Under the pieces are notes generated by a model that searched no databases, had not been told where the DNA came from, and saw only the letters and a program-made list of their open reading frames with translations. Below, piece after piece: positions 59,699-64,000 of a DNA stretch of 64,000 nt. A program made the position numbers and the translations under genes. Each line of letters starts with the position of its first letter. The stretch's first letter is position 1. Where the stretch lies: NCBI GenBank assembly GCA_963715985.1, contig CAVQSP010000014.1, positions 96,001 through 160,000 on the forward strand, read 5' to 3'. This stretch comes from an uncultured Thermoleophilia bacterium (GTDB lineage: Bacteria > Actinomycetota > Thermoleophilia > UBA2241).

Positions 59699-61174
59699 TC
59701 AGGCGTTCGGCGAGCCGGGGAAGAACGGCGGCTCTTGGTAGATGCCGTTCGCCAGGTGCTTGGGATACACGGTGACGAGCCTGCCGTAGTCGTCCGGCTG
59801 GCCGGGCAGCACGAACGTGTCCGGCGGAGCGATCTCCGGCGGCATCCACTGCGTCATCGGCGAGTACGGCGAACTCTCCCAGAGCCCCTCGCCGCGCTCG
59901 GGGTCGGGTGAGGCCGCCGCGGTCTCGTCGATGGGCGAGCACCAGGCGTGCGGCCACTCGCCCTGTCCGGGACCGTAGAACCCGCCACGCGTGGGCGCGT
60001 CCGCGTAGTACGTCTTCTCGAGCTCGGGGATGAGGGCCGCCGTCTCGACCGAGTCGGCGCGCTCCGCGGCCTCCTTGTACGACTTGATGCCCCGCCAGGT
60101 GCACTCGCCCAGCCACATCGGTGTCCTGGGGTCGTCCGGGTAGGTGGTGAACCACTCCGAGACGAAGTCCCGCCACTCCTGGGTGTGCTTCTCGAGGCTG
60201 CCCCACGTGGACGTGGTGGCCATCGTCCCCCAGGCGCCCTTGCTCCGCTCCCAGTAGCCGTAGTCGTTCAGGATACCGTTGTGGCCGGCAATGGCGATGG
60301 GGACCTTGTTCTCCCAGGCCTGGTTGGCGAGTCGCTCGCCGAACACCGAGATGAAGGTCATGATCTGCTGCGCGCCGGCCTGCTCGGCGGCGCGGAAGTA
60401 CGGCGTGAGGTCCTCGACGTCCACGGGGACGACGGAGACACCTGCGAGCTCCAGGCCCGCCTTGGGTGCCTCCTCCTTGAAGAAGACCTCGATGCCCTCG
60501 GTCCACACCATGTCCTCGCGCAGCATGTGGACCTTCTTCCAGCCGTAGTCGTTCATCAGCTGGACGGCGGGATCCTGACAGCAGAAGTAGAGGCCTTGGT
60601 CGGTGGGTGTGTACATGAAGTAGTTCTTGTAGTTCTCGTAGTCCGTGTACACGTTCTCCATGAACGCCTGCGTGGAGGCGAACATGGAGAGGTAGAGGAC
60701 ATCCTGCGCGCGCGCGATTCGGCTCAGCAGGGCGGCCTCCACGTCATCGATGGAGGCGCCGAGGATGACGTCGACCTTCTGCGACACCAGCGTCTCAAAG
60801 CCCTGGATGGCCTGGGCCGTCTCCATGTGGTCGTCGATGGGGCCGACGATCTCGCACTGACGGCCCAGGATGCCGCCTGCCTCGTTGATGTGCTTGAACG
60901 AGATCTCGGTGGCGCGCAGCACGTTCTTGCCCGAGGGGTCGCCCATGCCGCCCAGGATGCCGAACTTGATGGGCTCGCTGGAGGACCCGCCGCCGGAGGA
61001 TGAGCCGTCGCCGCTGCTGCCGCAGGCGCTGAGGATCCCGCCAAGGCTCGCCCCCATGCCGAGGGTGACCCCGGCGGCACCGGCTATCTTGAGGAAGTCC
61101 CGGCGGCTGTGGGTGCCGCCCAGCGGTGGCTTATCGTCGCGATCAACGGTCGGGCGATCATCGTCGGTCTGCAT
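59699..61174 (-). CDS. Tat-exported lipoprotein ABC substrate-binding protein (LivK/J fold)
   Basis: SRRDFLK Tat motif, LSAC lipobox, INEAGGILGRQ. Confidence 0.88.
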   Translation of the reverse strand: MQTDDDRPTVDRDDKPPLGGTHSRRDFLKIAGAAGVTLGMGASLGGILSACGSSGDGSSSGGGSSSEPIKFGILGGMGDPSGKNVLRATEISFKHINEAGGILGRQCEIVGPIDDHMETAQAIQGFETLVSQKVDVILGASIDDVEAALLSRIARAQDVLYLSMFASTQAFMENVYTDYENYKNYFMYTPTDQGLYFCCQDPAVQLMNDYGWKKVHMLREDMVWTEGIEVFFKEEAPKAGLELAGVSVVPVDVEDLTPYFRAAEQAGAQQIMTFISVFGERLANQAWENKVPIAIAGHNGILNDYGYWERSKGAWGTMATTSTWGSLEKHTQEWRDFVSEWFTTYPDDPRTPMWLGECTWRGIKSYKEAAERADSVETAALIPELEKTYYADAPTRGGFYGPGQGEWPHAWCSPIDETAAASPDPERGEGLWESSPYSPMTQWMPPEIAPPDTFVLPGQPDDYGRLVTVYPKHLANGIYQEPPFFPGSPNA

Positions 61175-61554
61175 GCCTGCTCCTCTCGATCCGGCCAACA
61201 CCTGTCGACGAGCGGAAACACAGGTAGGGGGAGACGGCATAAGCACGGCTCCCCCGACCAGTGCTGATGCGCCTGAAGGCTAGTCTCGCTGTCTGCGGGC
61301 GTCAAGGCTCGACGCGCAGGAAGTGCGAGCGGCTTCAATCTCGAACGTACACCACACCGGCGGGCTGCCTTCTGCGCACACGAACGCGCAAGTACGGCCA
61401 GATTGTCACGGGCAAGTGCGTTGCTGGCCGTCGCTGCCGCCCAAGCCGCTCGATGTCTGCGCCCGTGCGGCGCGGCACCGTCTCTGGAACGGTGCCACCC
61501 GGCTGAGTAGACTGCCATGTAGATGTGCCGCGGCTGCGCGTGCGGAGGTACCAG

Positions 61555-62103
61555 ATGGGGATCTTCAGCCCGCCGGACTTCGAACAGATGAGGGTCAACG
61601 GCGACTGGCCGCGCCTGATCCACTGGTGTCTGTACGACAAGGACCCCGCGTCGTGCCGCGCCGCGCGAGACGTGCTCCGCTCAGACCCCTACCCGCTGGT
61701 GGAGTACCTCTATGAGACGGCGCGGTGGGCCCAGCAGCACAGCGTCGGACGCAACAAGCGTCTCCCGCGGCGCAGCGTGATGCTCCTCAACGAGGCCGAC
61801 CGCGCGTTGACTCGGGTAGGCAGACCGGCGGTGGCTCCGCTGGTCGACGCCGTCCGGCTCTACGGAGAGTACGGCGATCCGGACGAGGACCTGAGATACC
61901 TCGTGTTCTGCCTCATCTTCGACATCCTGCAGAAGATCGGCCGGCCGGCGGTCGGCGGGCTGCGTCAGCTCGCAGGGTCACCCGACGCGAGCGTGGCCAC
62001 CCCGGCCCAGGAGGCGCTCGACGACCTCGAGGCACGCGGCCTCCTGGAGCCGGACACGAGCGCGGACGACGAGGCCGGCAACGAGGCTGACGAACACTCC
62101 TGA
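61555..62103 (+). CDS. Hypothetical helical (HEAT-like) protein
   Basis: SD GGAGG; RVGRPAVAPLV and KIGRPAVGGL repeats. Confidence 0.6.
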   Translation: MGIFSPPDFEQMRVNGDWPRLIHWCLYDKDPASCRAARDVLRSDPYPLVEYLYETARWAQQHSVGRNKRLPRRSVMLLNEADRALTRVGRPAVAPLVDAVRLYGEYGDPDEDLRYLVFCLIFDILQKIGRPAVGGLRQLAGSPDASVATPAQEALDDLEARGLLEPDTSADDEAGNEADEHS

Positions 62104-62203
62104 CGCGCCGGCGAACAGGTGCGGCTCAGCGCCGACCACGGACTGCCGTGGCGCCCGAGCGGGTACATCATGAGCGTCGTCGCAGCGTGCGGAGGGGGTC
62201 GTG

Positions 62204-62644
62204 ATGGCGTACACGATCGTTGTGGGGTTCGACGGTTCCGAGCATTCCAGGAAGGCGCTCGACGCGGCCATTGAATGGGCCAGAACGGTCTCCGACGGGG
62301 AGATCATCGTCGCGTGTTCCCAGGAGCGTCACGGGCCCGGCGTTGGGTTCCGCGGCCCAGAGATCGGAACGGAAGAGTACTGGGACGAGCTCGAGAAAAG
62401 GGTCAACGCGGACCTGGATGAAGCTGCCTCGCTGGTCACGTCGGCGGGCGTCAACGTGGCCACCGCCTGTACTCCCGACCGCCCCGACGTCACGATCGTC
62501 AACGTGGCCCGCGAGTCAGGGGCCAGGCTGATCGTCGTAGGCACCAAGGGCGCCGGCTACCGTGAAGGCCAGCGGTCAGTCCTGGGGTCCACGACCACCA
62601 AGGTACTTCACGAGGCCGCGGGGATCCCGGTCCTGGTCGTCTGA
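62204..62644 (+). CDS. Universal stress protein
   Basis: IVVGFDGSEHS, IVVGTKG, LGSTTTKVL, PVLVV. Confidence 0.93.
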   Translation: MAYTIVVGFDGSEHSRKALDAAIEWARTVSDGEIIVACSQERHGPGVGFRGPEIGTEEYWDELEKRVNADLDEAASLVTSAGVNVATACTPDRPDVTIVNVARESGARLIVVGTKGAGYREGQRSVLGSTTTKVLHEAAGIPVLVV

Positions 62645-62663
62645 GGCGCCGGCGAGACCGCTC

Positions 62664-62717
62664 GTAGACGGGCACCCCGGCGGAGGCGCTGACGCCTCCG
62701 CCGGGGTGCCCGTCTAC
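62664..62717. terminator. Long bidirectional terminator hairpin
   Basis: GTAGACGGGCACCCCGGCGGAGGCG-CTGA-CGCCTCCGCCGGGGTGCCCGTCTAC. Confidence 0.8.
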
Positions 62718-62774
62718 TCCTGCCCGTGTCGCTCGTCGTGCGGTGCGCAGAGCGTCGCCGGCGAGGTCAGATCG

Positions 62775-64000
62775 TCACACCCAGAAGATGACGTAGCCGA
62801 TCGTCATGCAGGCCAGGCCGCCGGCCACCGCGACGTACGGCAGCGGCCCGCACCTCGTGGGCCCCAGCGCGGTCTGGCCCTCGGGGATGAGGTCGTCGAA
62901 CATGTGTGTCGGGAACTTGCCCTTGTCCGTGACGTAGTGCCGGTAGTAGAAGACCGGGAGGGCGATCAGGGCGGAGATCCAGCCCATGAGCAGCGTGCCC
63001 TTGCCCCAGTAGTTCGCGCCGGCTCCCAGAAGGAACACGTTCATGTAGGCGAAGCAGGTACCCAGCACGAAGAGCGGCAGCGGCGCCTTGAAGGGCCGCG
63101 GCACCTTGGGGTTGTCCCTGCGGTGGATCCAGCCCGCGTTCAGGTTGAGGAAGTTGAAGATCATGTAGTTGCAGTTGGAGACGGCGAGCACGAAGACGTA
63201 GTCCGACATCAGCAGAAGGAACAGGTTGAAGATGAGGTCGGTCCACATCGCGTAGGTCGGCACCTTGTGATTGTTCAGGTGCGCCAGGTACTTGGGCAGC
63301 CAGCCGTCCTGACCACCCTGGAAGAGGGTCCGCGACGAGCCCGACATGGCCGTCATGACGGACAGCATCACCGTGAAGAACATCGCGACCGCGCAGAACT
63401 TGGTGAAGGTCGCGCCGGCATTGAACATGGCCGCGAACCCCTCGGGAACGCCGGCTCCCGAGTAGATCTCGGGCTTGAGCATGTAGTCGGTGCCGAGGAC
63501 GCCCTGCCACACGAACGGGATCACCGTGTAGCACACGATGCAGAACACGCCGGACCAGAGGATGGCCTTGGCCTGGTCGCGCCCGGGGTTCTTGAACTCG
63601 CTCATGTAGCAGATCGCCGTCTCGAAGGCGTAGGCCGACCAGGCGGCGATGAAGAAGCCTCCCAGGAACGCTGTCCAGCCGTCGAGGTTCCACGAGCCGT
63701 TGACCGGCACGAACGGCGAGAAGTTGCTCGCCACCACGTCGCCGGTGATCAGCGGGATGACCGTCAGAAGGATCAACGGCGTCATCGCTCCGATCGTGAG
63801 GACCATCTGGACGCGCGCCGTGCGCAGGATGCCGTAGTGCTGGATGTTCCACACGGCGAGCATGATGAGGGCGCCGATGATGAACACCGCGTTGATGCGC
63901 AGCGTCAACCCGTCCTTCAGGAAGTCGAGATTGACGATTGTGACCGACCACGTGTTGATGGTGGCGTCCGGGGCAAAGAAGACCGACAGCAGATACCCGG
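62775..64000 (-). CDS. APC-family permease (5' truncated by window edge)
   Basis: AWSAYAFETAICY, GSSRTLFQ, WLPKYL, RPFKAP. Confidence 0.88.
   Translation of the reverse strand, partial: GYLLSVFFAPDATINTWSVTIVNLDFLKDGLTLRINAVFIIGALIMLAVWNIQHYGILRTARVQMVLTIGAMTPLILLTVIPLITGDVVASNFSPFVPVNGSWNLDGWTAFLGGFFIAAWSAYAFETAICYMSEFKNPGRDQAKAILWSGVFCIVCYTVIPFVWQGVLGTDYMLKPEIYSGAGVPEGFAAMFNAGATFTKFCAVAMFFTVMLSVMTAMSGSSRTLFQGGQDGWLPKYLAHLNNHKVPTYAMWTDLIFNLFLLLMSDYVFVLAVSNCNYMIFNFLNLNAGWIHRRDNPKVPRPFKAPLPLFVLGTCFAYMNVFLLGAGANYWGKGTLLMGWISALIALPVFYYRHYVTDKGKFPTHMFDDLIPEGQTALGPTRCGPLPYVAVAGGLACMTIGYVIFWV

Noticed and set aside
61175-61554. Riboswitch upstream of the ABC binding protein
   Set aside because: Only short stems; no recognisable cobalamin or other aptamer consensus

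Overview
High-GC chromosomal window with no phage, IS or CRISPR. An actinobacterial origin, possibly Thermoleophilia-like, is inferred from GC content, gene set, leaderless starts and the tmRNA tag. Main result: 4406-5806 is a full-length dimethylamine methyltransferase (MtbB) whose frame is interrupted only by an in-frame amber at 5462-5464, at the conserved pyrrolysine position, so the organism very probably uses pyrrolysine. It faces an operon of DeoR, Pyl-free MttB, corrinoid protein, Pyl-free MtmB-like protein and choline/ethanolamine kinase, giving all three methylamine methyltransferase families in one locus. A second in-frame amber (46429-46431) interrupts an unrelated GATase-like gene, and the mttB amber stop is in frame with the corrinoid gene. 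Other content: cydAB, tmRNA, a two-component/envelope ABC locus, a P-type ATPase with an apparent ATC start, a TetR efflux operon, ppk2, dodecin, an XRE/ImmA(HGxxH)/HD/ARPP-1/macro/MazEF cluster, a C2H2 zinc-finger protein, an orphan Nif11-type precursor, and a fused B12 diol dehydratase with SDR, Fe-ADH and a Liv-type ABC transporter. Several frameshifts, dense at 1.7-3.6 kb, suggest assembly indel errors, so single-base claims need read-level checks. All family calls are from motif recognition, not database searches.
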